A DNA stretch of 64,000 nt, taken from assembly GCF_963921235.1 (NCBI RefSeq), contig NC_086109.1:930001-994000 (forward strand), read 5' to 3'. A model generated the notes under the pieces. The model worked only from the letters and a program-made list of their open reading frames with translations, did no database searches and was not told the origin of the DNA. Origin of the DNA: Mobula hypostoma. Taxonomy: Eukaryota. This document shows positions 37,162 through 50,500 of this stretch, in pieces; positions within the stretch are counted from its first letter, which is position 1, and each line of letters opens with the position of its first letter. The position numbers were made by a program, and so were the translations under genes.

Positions 37162-38574
37162 AACAGGAATTCTGCAGATGCTGGAAATTCAAGCAACACA
37201 CATAAAAGTTGCTGGTGAACGCAGCAGGCCAGGCAGCATCTCCAGGAAGAGGTGCAGTCGACGTTTCAGGCCGAGACCCTTCGTCAGGACTAACTGAAGG
37301 AAGAGTGAGTAAGGGATTTGAAAGTTGTAGGGGGAGGGGGAGATCCAAAATGATAGAAGAAGACAGGAGGGGGAGGGATGGAGCCGAGAGCTGGGCAGGG
37401 ATACGAGAGGATCATGGGACAGGAGGTCCGGGAAGAAAGGCAGGGGGTGGGGGGGACCCAGAGGATGGGCAAGGGATATATTCAGAGGTACAGAGGGAGA
37501 AAAAAGAGAGTGAGAGAAAGAATGTGTGTATAAAAATAAGTAACAGATGGGGTACGAAGGGGAGGTGGGGCATTAGCGGAAGTTAGAGAAGTCGATGTTC
37601 ATGCCATCAGGTTGGAGGCTACCCAGACGGAATATAAGGTGTTGTTCCTCCAACCTGAGTGTGGCTTCATCTTTACAGTAGAGGAGGCCATGGATAGACA
37701 TGTCAGAATGGGAATGGGATGTGGAATCAAAATGTGTGGCCACTGGGAGATCCTGCTTTCTCTGGCGGACAGAGCATAGATGTTCAGCAAAGCGGTCTCC
37801 CAGTCTGCGTCGGGTCTCGCCAATATATAAAAAGTCACATCGGGAGCACCGGACGCAGTATATCACCCCAGCCGACTCACAGGTGAAGTTTTGCCTCACC
37901 TGGAAGGACTGTTTGGGGCCCTGAATGGTGGTAAGGGAGGAAGTGTAAGGGCATGTGTAGCACTTGTTCCGCTTACAAGGATAAGTGCCAGGAGGGAGAT
38001 CAGTGGGGAGGGATGGGGGGGACGAATGGACAAGGGAGTTGCGTAGGGGGCGATCCCTGCAGAATGCAGGGGGGGGGGGAGGGAAAGATGTGCTTAGTGG
38101 TGGGATCCAGTTGCAGGTGGCGGAAGTTACGGAGAATAATATGTTGGACCCGGAGGCTGGTGGAGTGGTAGGTGAGGACCAGGGGAACCCTATTCCTAGT
38201 CGGGTGGTGGGAGGATGGAATGAGAGCAGATACACGTGAAATGGGGGAGATGCGTTTAAGAGCAGAGTTGATAGTGGAGGAAGGGAAGCCCCTTTCTTTA
38301 AAAAAGGAAGACATCTCCCTTGTCCTAGAATGAAAAGCCTCATCCTGAGAGCAGATGCGGCGGAGACAAAGGAATTGCGAGAAGGGGATGGCGTTTTTGC
38401 AAGAGACAGGGTGAGAAGAGGAATAGTCCAGATAGCTGTGAGTAGTCAGTAGGCTTATAGTAGACATCAGTGGATAAGCTGTCTCCAGAGACAGAGACAG
38501 AAAGATCTAGAAAGGGGAGGGAGGTGTCAGAAATGGACCAGGTAAACTTGAGGGCAGGGTGAAAGTTAATAGAA
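37162..38574 (-). mobile_element. Penelope-like retroelement, 5'-truncated (RT C-terminus, GIY-YIG endonuclease, pLTR)
   Basis: LPFLDLSVS..VYYKPTD, YLDYSSSHP..IPFSQFLCLRRICS, FTCESAGVIYCVRCSRC..YIGETRRRLGDRFAEH, RLEEQHLIFRLGSLQPDGMN; 13-bp TSD ACTGATAGAAAAT (37149-37161, 38575-38587). Confidence 0.92.
37255..37292 (-). ncRNA. Minimal type I hammerhead ribozyme motif in the Penelope pLTR
   Basis: Minus strand UAGUC-CUGACGA-AGG(GUCUCGG)CCU-GAAA-CGUC-GACUG: conserved core, stem II, palindromic ACGU stem III, GUC cleavage triplet and stem I AGUC/GACU. Confidence 0.8.
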
Positions 38575-40021
38575 ACTGATAGAAAATGCTCATTTAGTTC
38601 ATCGGCAATCTCCTCGGCTCCAGTTATTATTTTTCCAGCCTCATTTTCTAGTGGTCTTATATCCACTCTCACCTCTCTTTTATTTTTATATACTTGGAAA
38701 AAGTTTGTACTATCCACTTAGATATTATTTGCTAGCTCGCTTTCATATTTCATCTTTTCCCTCCTAATGATTCTTTTAGTTGCTCTCTGTAGGGTTTTAA
38801 AATCTTTCCAATCCTCTGCCTTTCACTAATTTTTAATTTGTTGTGTGCCCTCTCTTTTGCTTTTACATTAGCTTTGACTTTCCTTGTCAGCCACAGTTGT
38901 ACTATGTTGCCATTTGAGTATTTCTTTGTTTTTGGAATACATCTATCCTGCACCTTCCTCATTCTTCCCAGAAACTCACACCATTGCTGCTCTGCTGTCA
39001 TCCCTGCTAGCATCTCCTTCCAATTTACTTTGGCCATCTTTTCTCTCATATCACTGTAATTTCCTTTGCTGAAATATTGCTATGTTAGACTTTACTTTTC
39101 TCCCTAACAAATTTCAAGTTGAACTCAGTCATATTGTGATCTCTGCTTCCTAAGGGTTCTTTTACCTTAAGCTCTCTAATCACTTCTGGTTCATTACATA
39201 ACATCCGATCCAGTATAGCTGATTCCCTAGCAGGCTCAACAACAAACTGCTTTAAAAAGTCATCATGTAGGCATTCAAAAAAACTTGCTGTCTTGAGATC
39301 CTTTTCCAACCAAATATTCCCAATTGACCTGCATGTTGAAATCTCCCATGACTATCATGACATTGCCCTTTCTATTTCCTGTTGCAATCTGTTGTCCACC
39401 TCCCAGCTACTGTCATGAGGGTCCTTTTATCCTTGCAGTTTCTCAAATCAACCCACAAGGATCCAACATCTTCTAGTCCTATGTCACATCTTTCTATTGA
39501 TTTGATGACATGCTTTGCCAGCAGAACCACACCACCCTATCTGCCTACCTTCCTATCCCTCTGATACAATGCGTAACCTTGGACATTCATCTCACAATTA
39601 GAACCATCCTTCAGCTACGATTCAGCAATGGCCACAACATCATACCTGATTATCTGTAAGAGTGCAACTAGCTCATCCATCTTATTTCTTATACTTTGTG
39701 CATTGAGATGTAACATTTTGAACATTGTATTTGCTACCCTTTTTGATTCTGCATCACTAATGCACTGTTACTCACCCTGCTGGCTGTAATCGTATCCTAT
39801 CATCTGCCTGTTCTTCCAGACAGTTCAACTGCATGTTGTCTTTGCTTCTTTACCATCTTGAGTCCTTTCACTCCAGTTCGGTTCTCACTGGCACAATACA
39901 GCTCCCAGTATGAAATCAAGGGAGTGCCAGAAGGGGAAACCACAGCTCAACTATCTCAATGGCTCTGTAAATCTGCCCACATCACCCTCTATCTTCATTG
40001 ATGTAAATATATTGATATCTG

Positions 40022-40185
40022 ACCGTAAGATCTAGGAGCAGAATTAGGTAATTTGACCCATCAAGCCTGCTCTGCCATTTCATCATGGCTGATCCAATTT
40101 TCTTCTCAGTCCCAATCTCCTGCCTTCTTCCCATGTCCTGACCAATCAGAATTTATCAATCTCTGCCTTAAAGATGACACACACA

Positions 40186-40236
<51 letters not shown>

Positions 40237-41328
40237 CTGCCTGTGGCAAATAATTCACAAATTCACCACTCTCTGGCTAAAGAAATTCCTTCTCATCTCT
40301 GTTCTAAAAGGACACCCCTCTATTCTGACGCTGTGTCCTCTGGTCTTAGACTCTCCCAACATAGGAAACATCTTCTCCACATCCACCCTTATCAAGACTT
40401 TTCACCATTCAGAATTCTACTGAATACAGACCCAGAACCATCATATGCTCTTTATATGAAAAGCCATTTAATCCTGGAATCATTTTCGTGAACTCTCTTT
40501 GAACCCTCAGCAGTTTCAGCGCACTCTTTCTAAGATGAGGGGCCTAAACCTTCTCATGTACTCCAACTGAGGCTTCACCAGTGCTTTATAAAGTCTCAAC
40601 ATTGCATCATTGCTTCTATATTCTAGACTTCTTGAAATAAATGCTAACATTGCGTTTGCCTTCCTCACCACAATCTCAACCTGCAAATTAGCCTTCAAGG
40701 TATCCATGAGGACTCTGGAGTCCCCTTGCGACTCAGTTTTTTGTACTTTCTCTACATTTAGAAAATAGTAAATCCTTTCATTTCTTCTACCAAAATGCAT
40801 GACCATACACTTCCCAACACTGTATTTCATCTCCATTTATTTGCACATTCTCCTAATCTAAATCCTTCAGTAACCTCTTTACTTTCTCAAAACTATATGC
40901 CCCTCCTCCTATTTCCATATTGTCTGCAAACTTTGTAACAGTGTCATCAATACCATCACCCAAATCATTGACATATAACGTAAAATGAATTGGTCCCAAC
41001 ACAGACCCCTGTTGAATACCACTATCACCAGCAGCCAGCCAGAAAAGGGTTCCTTTATTCCCACTTTTTGTTTCTTGCAAATCAGCCACTGCTTTGCCCA
41101 TACTAGAATTTTTCCTGTAATACCATGGGCTTGTAGTTTGTAAAGCAGCCTCGTGTGGCACGATGTCAAAGGCCTTCTGAAAATCCAAGTATACCACATC
41201 AACTGATTCCCTTTTGTCTATCCTGCTTGAATATTTCTTCGAAGAATTCCAACAGATTTGTCAGGCAAGATTTTCCCTTGAGGAACCCATGCTGACTACT
41301 GCCTATTTTATCAAGTGCCTCCAAGTAC
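40022..41328 (-). mobile_element. CR1 LINE RT/3' fragment containing an (AC)n microsatellite at ~40177-40232
   Basis: YLDFQKAFDIVPH, QGSVLGPIHFTLYVNDL, KFADNM. Confidence 0.88.
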
Positions 41329-43662
41329 GTATTCTTCTACGCTCCAGGGAATAAAGTCCTAACCTATTCAACCTTTCTCTGTAACTGAGTTTCTCAAGTC
41401 CTGGCAACATCCTTGTAAACCTTCTCTGCACTCTTTCAACCTTATTTATATCCTTCCTGTAATTTGGTGACCAAAACTGAACACAATACTCCAGATTCGG
41501 CCTCACCAATGCCTTATACAACCTCATCATAACATTCCAGCTCTTATACTCAATACTTTGATTAATAAAGGCCAATGTACCAAAAGCTCTCTTTACGACC
41601 CTATCTACCTGTGACGCCACTTTTAGGGAATTTTGTATCTGTATTCCCAGATCCCTCTGTTCTACTGCACTCCTCAGTGCCTTACCATTAACCCTGTATG
41701 TTCTACCTTGGTTTGTCCTTCCAACGTGCAATACCTCACACTTGTCTGTATTAAACTCCATCTGCCATTTTTCATCCCATTTTTCCAGCTGGTCCAAGTC
41801 CCTCTGCAGGCTCTGAAAACCTTCCTCACTGTCTACTACACCTCCAATCTTTGTATCATCAGCAAATTTGCTGATCCAATTTACCACATTATCATCCAGA
41901 TCATTGATATAGATGACAAATAACAATGGACCCAGCACTGATCCCTGTGGCACACCACTAGTCACAGGCCTCCACTCGGAGAAGCAATTCTCTACTACCA
42001 CTCTTTTGGCTTCTTCCATTGAGCCAATGTCTAATCCAATTTACCACCTCTCCATGTATACCTAGCGACTGAATTTTCCTAACTAACCTCCCATGCGGGA
42101 CCTTGTCAAAGGCCTTACTGAAATCCATGTAGACAATATCCACTGCCTTCCCTTCATCCACTTTCCTGGTAACCTCCTCGAAAAACTCCAATAGATTGGT
42201 CAAACATGACCTACCACACACAAAGCCATGTTGACTCTCCCTAATGAGTCCCTGTCTATCCAAATGCTTGTAGATTCTGTCTCTTAGTACTCCCTCCAAT
42301 AATTTACCTACTACCGACGTTAAACTTACCGGCCTATAATTTCCCGGATTACTTTTCGATCCTTTTTTAAACAACGGAACAACATGAGCCACTCTCCAAT
42401 CCTCCGGCACCTCACCCGTAGACAACGACATTTTAAATATTTCTGCCAGGGCCCCTGCAATTTCAACACTAGTCTCCTTCAAGGTCCGAGGGAACACTCT
42501 GTCAGGTCCCGGGGATTTATCCACTTTAATTTTCCTCAAGACAGCAAGCACCTCCTCCTTTTCAATCTGTACAGTTTCCATGGTCTCACTACTTGATTCC
42601 CTTAATTCCATAGACTTCATGCCAGTTTCCTTAGTAAACACAGACGCAAAAAACCTATTTAAGATCTCCCCCATTTCCTTTGGTTCCGCACATAGCTGAC
42701 CACTCTGATCTTCAAGAGGACCAGTTTTATCCCTTACAATCCTTTTGCTCTTAATATACCTGTAAAAGCTCTTTGGATTATCCTTTACTTTGACTGCCAA
42801 GGCAACATCATGTCTTCTTTTAGTCCTCCTGATTTCTTTCTTAAGTATTTTCTTGCACTTCTTATACTCCTCAAGCAACTGATTTACTCCCTGTTTCCTA
42901 TACATTTCATACAACTCCCTCTTCTTCTTTATCAGAGTTGCAATATCCCTTGAGAACCAAGGTTCCTTATTCCTATTCACTTTGCCTTTAATCCTGACAG
43001 GAACATACAAACTCTGCACTCTCAAAATTTCTCCTTTGAAGGCTTCCCTCCTACCAATCACATCTTTGCCAGAGAACAACCTGTCCCAATCCACGCTTTT
43101 TAGATCCTTTCTCATTTCTTCAAATTTGGCCTTCTTCCAGTTCAGAACCTCAGCCCTAGGACCAGATTTATCCTTGTCCATGATCAAGTTGAAACTAATG
43201 GTGTTATGATCACTGGAACCAAAGTGCTCCCCTACACAGACTTCCATCACTTGTCCTAACTCGTTTCCTAACAGGAGATCCAATATTGCATCCCCTCTAG
43301 TTGGTCCCTTTATATATTGATTTAGAAAACTTTCCTGAACACATTTTACAAACTCTAAACCATCTAGACCCCTAACAGTATGGGAGTCCTAATCAATATA
43401 TGGAAAATTAAAATCCCCTACCACCACAACTTTATGTTTCCTGCAGTTGCCTGCTATCTCTCTGCAGATTTGCTCTTCCAAGTCTCATTGACTATTGGGT
43501 GGTCTGTAATACAATCCCACTAATGTGGCCATACCTTTCCTGTTTCTCAGCTCCACTCATAAGGACTCAGTAGACAAGCCCTCTAATCTGTCCTGCCTGA
43601 GCACTGCTGTAATATTTTCCCTAACAAGCAATGCTACTCCCCCACCTTTCATTCCTCTGCCT
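41329..43662 (-). mobile_element. Young CR1 ORF2 segment, nearly intact (frameshift at ~42000)
   Basis: ORFs of 441 aa (41958-43283) and 238 aa (41303-42019) with EHFGSSDHN, KSPGPD, YMDFSKAFDKVPH, GVPQGSVLGPLLFVIYINDL, KFADDTK. Confidence 0.95.
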
Positions 43663-44149
43663 CGAGTATTCCCACACTCTGTTTTCTGGCGATCAGCCAG
43701 TTGGGCTCTTATCTTGCTAAGCAGCCTCATGTGTGGCACCTTATCAAAGACCTTCTGAAAATCCAAGTACACCACATCTACTGCATCTCCTTTGTCTACC
43801 CTGCTTGTATTTCCTCAAAAAATTGTAGTGGGTTAGTCAGGGAACCATACTGGCTTTGTCATGTGCCTCCAGGTACTCCGTAATCTCATCCCAAACAATC
43901 GATTCCAACAACTTCCCAACCACTGAGGTCAGGGCTAACAGGTCTATAGTTCATTTTCTGCTGCCTCCCACCCTTCTTAAATAGTAGAGTAACATTTGCA
44001 ATTTTCCAGTCATCCGGTACAATGCCAGAATCTATCGATTCTTGAAAAAAATAGTCTCCTGCCCCTTTTCCAGTGAGCCCTATTATCAGCATACAAAGAC
44101 TTAGAAATTTCAGGATCAAGTTTAGAAAAAATATAATTTATCATAATAT

Positions 44150-44700
44150 TGAACAGGACAGGACTACAAACACTCCTTGTAGAATACCATCATCTATAGG
44201 ATACAGCTTAGAATGCTCTCTACCCACCCGACCTGTATGGTCCTCTGAATCAAAATATTTTTAACCCAGTTATACATTTCTACACTAATCTCAGCACATT
44301 CCAGTTATATTAGCAGTTCCTCTTCCAAAGCATATAATAATCCTTCTCAGTATTCAAGAAGACTGCCGCTACAACCTCCTTATTAACCTGTGCCTTTCTA
44401 AAATCAGATTCCAGACACAACACAGAGCCTGGAAGAATCCTACCTTTAGAAAAGTCACCATCCCCTCTATAAGTTTACACATATTTGAAATCAGAGACAT
44501 TGGCTTGTAACTAGCAGAATCTGTCTGTTCTTTGTCTGGTTTCAGGACTGGAATTACCACTGCTAACTTCCACAATGATGGAAAGTGTCCAGTATTCCAA
44601 CTTCGATTGAACGAATCTAAAACCAGTAGAAGTTTGCTATCAGACATGTGGGAAAATATACAATAACAAAGATCTATGTTTAATCCTAGAAAGTATCTGT
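44150..44700 (-). mobile_element. Degenerate non-CR1 LINE RT fragment (I/Nimb-like)
   Basis: FNRSWNTGHFPSLWKLAVVIPVLKPDK..SYKPMSLISNMCKLIE. Confidence 0.65.
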
Positions 44701-45942
44701 TTGAGCTTAGATAATGAAAACTTCACATAAAAGACTGCCTATCCTCATTAACCCCAGGATTATTGTCAAGAAATGCCCCATTTTGCTTAGCGTCTTCACT
44801 CAGTTTTTCAGAACTCCCCAGAACATAAGACTGGAAGGACTCTGCTCCGCCTCCCCCCTCCTGAATCTTCGCCCTCTTAAAACGCTGCAGTTTGGACCAC
44901 CTGGGAATGGACCCAGTCACCCCTCTCTGCCCTGCCCCCAACACCAGGAGGTGGAGGCACCTCCTTAAACAAGGAGAGCAGCACTGTGACCGCAGTCCAG
45001 GTGAGGTACCACTAACACCCTGTCAGCGAGTACTGACCCTTGCCCACTATAACAGCCAATCACTTGCCCTGGGGATGATTCCCATGTGCAGTCCTCCTGT
45101 GTTCCGTGTATGTACATCCTCCACATCCAGCCTTCTGTACCTCCCATCTCTCCATCTCCAGCTGTAATGGCCGACAATGGCTGAAGGTGAATCGAATCTT
45201 GAACCCGCTAACGTCCCAGTTGCTTCTATATACGTTCTTCTGAGGAAATTCACTGTAGTCTCGGTGCCGGAAAATCATTTCGAACTGACCGAAGAGAAAG
45301 CTGTTAAAGGAAGAGGGAGGCTCAAGGCAGTCCAGGTGGGATTTCTGGTGCCTCACAAATTTGTTGCAAAGAGAGGCAAACAAGATGTGAGGTAATGTTG
45401 CAGACCTCAGTAAGAGCGATATTTTTGGCCAGAAGGGAAGTAACACTGGATTCGTTTTGGAGTGTTACTTTCCTTTGAATTAACAATTTGAGTCATAAAG
45501 ACTGAGAGTCCAGAAGCAGAACCTTCAGCTCATTATAGAAAAGTACAGCACAGAAAAAGGCACTTCAGCCCATCCAATTCCTGCTGCCCCATTTAAACTG
45601 CCTATTCCCATTGACCTGCACCCGGACCAGGGGGATGGGAACCAGTATGACAGAGTTGAGGATGAACCAGCATGAATGTAAGGAAGGACAAGCCAATGAT
45701 TGGGTACAAATGCAGACAGTAAAGAGTTAAATTGTACCACAGAGGTAAAGTTCAAAAGGTTGAAGAACGCAGAACTGAAGGTTCTGTATTTAAATACACA
45801 TAGTATTCAGAATAAGGTGGGCGAACTCATGGCGTAATTACAGATTGGTCAGTATGAGTTGTGGCTGAAAGAAGGCCATAGTTGGGAGCTTAACATCAAA
45901 GCATTTACTTTGTCTTGAAAGGACAGGCAGGAAGGCATCAGC

Positions 45943-46963
45943 CTGGGATGGCCAACCTATGGCGCATGCGGCAAAAGTGGTGCATTGGATGATTAGAAGT
46001 GGCTCATTGCACCCCAGTGATAATAATAAAAAAGTAAGCTTACTCATGCAAAAAGTATTAACCAAAAACCGATTTGTAGAAAAAAAATCTATAACAGGAA
46101 TTCAAGTAGCTTAGAGCTAGAAATGGGTTTTACTGAGAATAAATCTAAAATTTAGCAATTATTTTTAGCGACTTTATTATCTCGTGCACATCTTTTGGCG
46201 AATGTTATCTTCTTTCACATTAATCTGTTTTCAATTTTAAAAAATGTTCAATGAGTCAAACTAGGAAAGAAGAACTTTTATTCTGCAGTCGTTCCATAAC
46301 TGTTCAATACACGTTTGATACTTGTTTGATCCTGAGGCACCAGGCGTCTGCACCAGCGGTGCGTCGCAGGTTTTTGTCAGTCAGTTTACAATTGGCACTT
46401 GTACGCTACGGAGTTGTGCTTTGTTCGTCCTTTGTGAACACTTGCAGGTTTGTACTTTTTCGAAAATTAAGCCTTGTTTTTACATTCAGTTACCCATCAC
46501 AGCTCAAAAGAAAAGCAGAAAGTGATAGTAAGCGTGAATTCAATGAACAGTGGGAAAATGTGTCCTTATTTATAGCGGGTCCGTCAGGAAAACTGTTGTG
46601 CATTGTTTGTGAAAACACCTTCTCACATAATAGAAGACATTATCTTAATAGACACTATAAAACACAACATCAGACTGAAATAGAAGGAAAACTGAAGCTA
46701 GTGCTTGGGTCTGAGTTACGGAAAGAATATGTGATTAAGAAAAAGGAAGAAATCAAAAGAAGACAAAATATATTTGTTAAAAGTCTCGTTAAGGTAAGTA
46801 ATGTTTATCTTGTTTTTATATGAAATCAATATCATGTAAAAATGCCAAATATGTCTAAACATATTTTTACAAGAATTGAATGGGGGTACAAGAGTTGTAT
46901 GGCACATCTGAACTCGTGCGTGCAAAAATTGATGCATGGATTGTAAAAGGTTGGCCACCCCTG
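45943..46963 (+). mobile_element. Non-autonomous hAT element with a SPIN/GTF2IRD2-type zinc-finger remnant
   Basis: TIRs CTGGGATGGCCAACCT and AGGTTGGCCACCCCTG; imperfect 8-bp TSD GCATCAGC/GCATAGGC; KREFNEQWENVSLF..LCIVCENTF..YLNRHYKTQH. Confidence 0.85.
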
Positions 46964-47579
46964 GCATAGGCAATGGTTTGGCTCTGCTGGTAAGAGATGG
47001 AATTACATCTTTAGACAGCAGTGACAGAGGGTCAGTGAAAGTTGAATGTTTGTGAGTGGAGTTAAGAAACTGCAAGGGTAGAAAGAACATTGTGGGAATT
47101 ATATATAGGTTTCAAAATAGCAACCCAGATGTGGGGTTGAGATTGCAAAGGGAGCCGGAAAAGACATGTAGTAAGGCTAATGTCACAATCGCAATGGGGG
47201 ACTTCAATATGCAAGGGTGTTGGTGTCAGATCACAAGAGAGGGAATTTGTTGAGTGCCTACAAGATGGCTTTTTAGAGCAGCTTGTGCATGAGTCTCCCA
47301 GGGGAAAGGCTATCATAGATTGGGTGTTGTGTAATAACCCAGATCTTATTAGAGAGCTTAACATAAAGGAACCATTAAGAGGCAGTGATCATAATATGAT
47401 TGAATTCATACTGCAACTTGAGGAGAGAAGCACATGTCACATATATCAGTATCACAATGGAATAAAGGGAATTACAGAGGCATGAGAAAGAAGTTTGCCC
47501 AGGTGGATTGGAAGAGGACACAGGCAGGGATGATGGTAGAGCAGAGATGGCTGAATTTCTGAGATGGAGTATTCTGAGG

Positions 47580-50500
47580 AGCAGGATAGCTATCCCAGAG
47601 CCTGTTAGTCCTGTCTTTTATGCTGTGGTACTGTTTCCTGGATGGTAGCAACTGGAACAGTTTGTGGTTGGGGTGAGTTGGGTCTCCAATGATCCTACGG
47701 GCCCTTTTTACACACCTGTCTTTGTACATGTCCTGAAAAGTGGGAAGTTCACATCTACAGAGGTGCTGGGCTATCCGCACCACTCTCTGCAGAGTCCTGT
47801 GATTGAGGGGAGTACAGTGCTCATACCAAGCAGTGATGCAGCCAGTCAAAATGCTCTGAACTGTGCCCGTATGGAAAGTTCTGAGAACTTCGGGGTCTGT
47901 ACCAAACTTCTTCAACTGTCTAAGGTGAAAAAGGCACTGTGCCTTTTTCACCACACATAGAAAAAACATAGAGGACATAGAAAACCTACAACACAATACA
48001 GACCCTTCAGCCCACGAAGTTGTGCCGAACATGTACCAACCTTAGAAATTACTAGGCATACCCATAGCCCTCTATTTTTCTAAGCTCCATGTACCTATCC
48101 AAAAGTCTCTTAAAAGACCCTATCGTATCCGCCTCCACCACCGTTACTGGCAGCCCAATCCATGCACTCACCACTCTCTGAGTAAAAAAACTCACCCCTG
48201 ACATCTCCTCTGTACCTACTTCCCAGCACCAGACTTGTGTCCTCTTGTGGCAACCATTTCAGCCCTGGGAAAAAGCCTCTGACTATCCACACGATCAATG
48301 CCTCTCATCATCTTATCAATGCCTCAGGTCACCTCTCATCTCCGTCGCTCTAAGGAGAAAAGGCCGAGTTCACTCAACCTATTCTCATAAGGCATGCTCC
48401 CCAATCCAGGCAATATCTTGTAAATCTCCTCTTCACCTTTTCTATGGCTTCTACAACCTTCCTGTAGTGAGGTGACCAGAACTGAGCACAGTACTCCAAG
48501 TGGGGTCTGACCGGGGTACTTTATAGCTGAAACATTACCTCTCGACTCCAAAATTCAATTCCACGATTGATGAAGGCCAATACACCGTGTGCCTTCTTAA
48601 CCACAGAGTCAACCTGTGCAGCTGCCTTGAGTGTCCTATGGACTCAGACCCCAAGATCCCTCTGATCCTCCACACTGCCAAGAGCCTTACCATTAATACT
48701 ATATTCTGTCATCATATTTGACCAACCAAAATGAACCACTTCACACTTATCTGGGTTGAACTCCACCTGCCACTTCCAGCCCAGTTTTGCATCCTACCAA
48801 TGTCCCGCTGTAACTTTTGACAGCCCTCCACAATATCCACAACACCTCCAACTTTTCTGTCATCAGCAAACTTACTAACCCATCCCTCCACTTCCTCATC
48901 CAGGTCATTTATAAAAATCACAAAGCGTAAGGGTCCCAGAACAGATCCCTGAGGCACTCCACTGGTGACCAACCTCCATGCAGAATATGACCCGCCTACA
49001 ACCACTCTTTTCCTTCTGTGGGCAAGCCAGTTCTGAATCCACAAAGCAATGTCCCCTTGGATCCCATGCCTCCTTACTTTCTCAATAAGCCTTGCAAGGG
49101 GTACGTTATCAAATGCCTTGCTGAAATCCATATGCACTACATCTACTACTCTACCTTCATCAATGTGTTTAGTCACATCCTCAGAAAATTAAATTATGCT
49201 TGTAAGGCACGACCTGCCCTTGACAAAGTCATGCTGACTATTCCTAATCATATTATACCTCTCCAAATGTTCATAAATCCTGCATCTCTGGATCTTCTCC
49301 ATCAACTTCCCAACCACTGAGTTAAGACTCACTGGTCTATAATTTCCTGGGCTATCTCTACTCCCTTTCTTGAATAAAGGAACAACATTCCCAACCCTCC
49401 AATCCTCCAGAAACCTCTCCCATCCCCATTGATGATGCAAAGATCATCGCCAGAGGCTCAGCAATTTCCTCCTTTGCCTCCCACAGTAGCCTGGGGTACA
49501 TCTCATCTGGTCCCGGCGACTTATCCAACTTGATGCTTTCCAAAAGCTCCAGCACATCCTCTTTCTTAATATCTACATGCTCAAGCTTTTCAGTCTGCTG
49601 CAAGTCATCACTACAATCACCAAGATCCTTTACCATAGTGAATACTGAATTTAAGTATTCATTAAGTACCTCTGCTATTTCCTCCGGTTCCATACATACT
49701 TTCCCACTGTCACACTGGATAGGTCCTATTCTTTCACGTCTCATCCTCTTGCTCTTCACATACTTGTAGAATGCCTTGGGGTTTTCCTTAATCCTGCCCG
49801 CTAAGGCCTTCTCATGGCCCCTTCTGGCTCTCCTAATTTCCTTCTTAAGCTCCTTCCTATTAGCCTTATAATTTTCTAGATCTCTAACATTACCTAGCTC
49901 TCTGAACCTTTTGTAAGCTTTTCTTTTCTTCTTGACTAGATTTATTACAGCCTTTGTACACCACGGTTCCTGTACCCTCCCATAATTTCCCTGTCTCATT
50001 GGAATGTACCTATGCAGAACTTCACTCAAATATCCCCTGAACATTTGCCACATTTCTTCCGTACTTTTGCCTGAGAACATCTGTTTCCAGTTTAAGCTGC
50101 CAATTTCCTGCCTGATAGCCTCATAATTCCCCTTACTCAAATTAAACACTTTTCTAACTTGTCTGTTCCTATCTCTTTCAATGCTATGGTAAAGGAGATA
50201 GAACTATGATCACTATCTCCAAAATGCTCTCCCACTGAGAGATCTGACACATGACCAGGTTCATTTCCCGATACCAAATCAAGTACAGCCTCTCCTCTTG
50301 TAGGCTTATTTACATATTGTGTCAGGAAACTTTCCTGAACACACCTATCAAACTCCACCCCATCTAAACCCCTTGCTCTAGGGAGATGCCAATCAATATG
50401 TGGGAAATTAAAATCTCCCATCACGACAACTCTGTTATTATCACACCGCTCCAGGATCTATTTCCCTGTCTGCTCCTCGGTATCCCTGTTACTATTCGGC

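Larger units (their letters stand above)
35483..39890 (-). mobile_element. Degenerate CR1 LINE (EN through RT to 3' tail), interrupted by a Penelope-like element
   Basis: EPLGSRDHNM, YLDFPKAFDKVPH, KPHLEHCEQFWAP; 3' tail at 35483. Confidence 0.88.
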
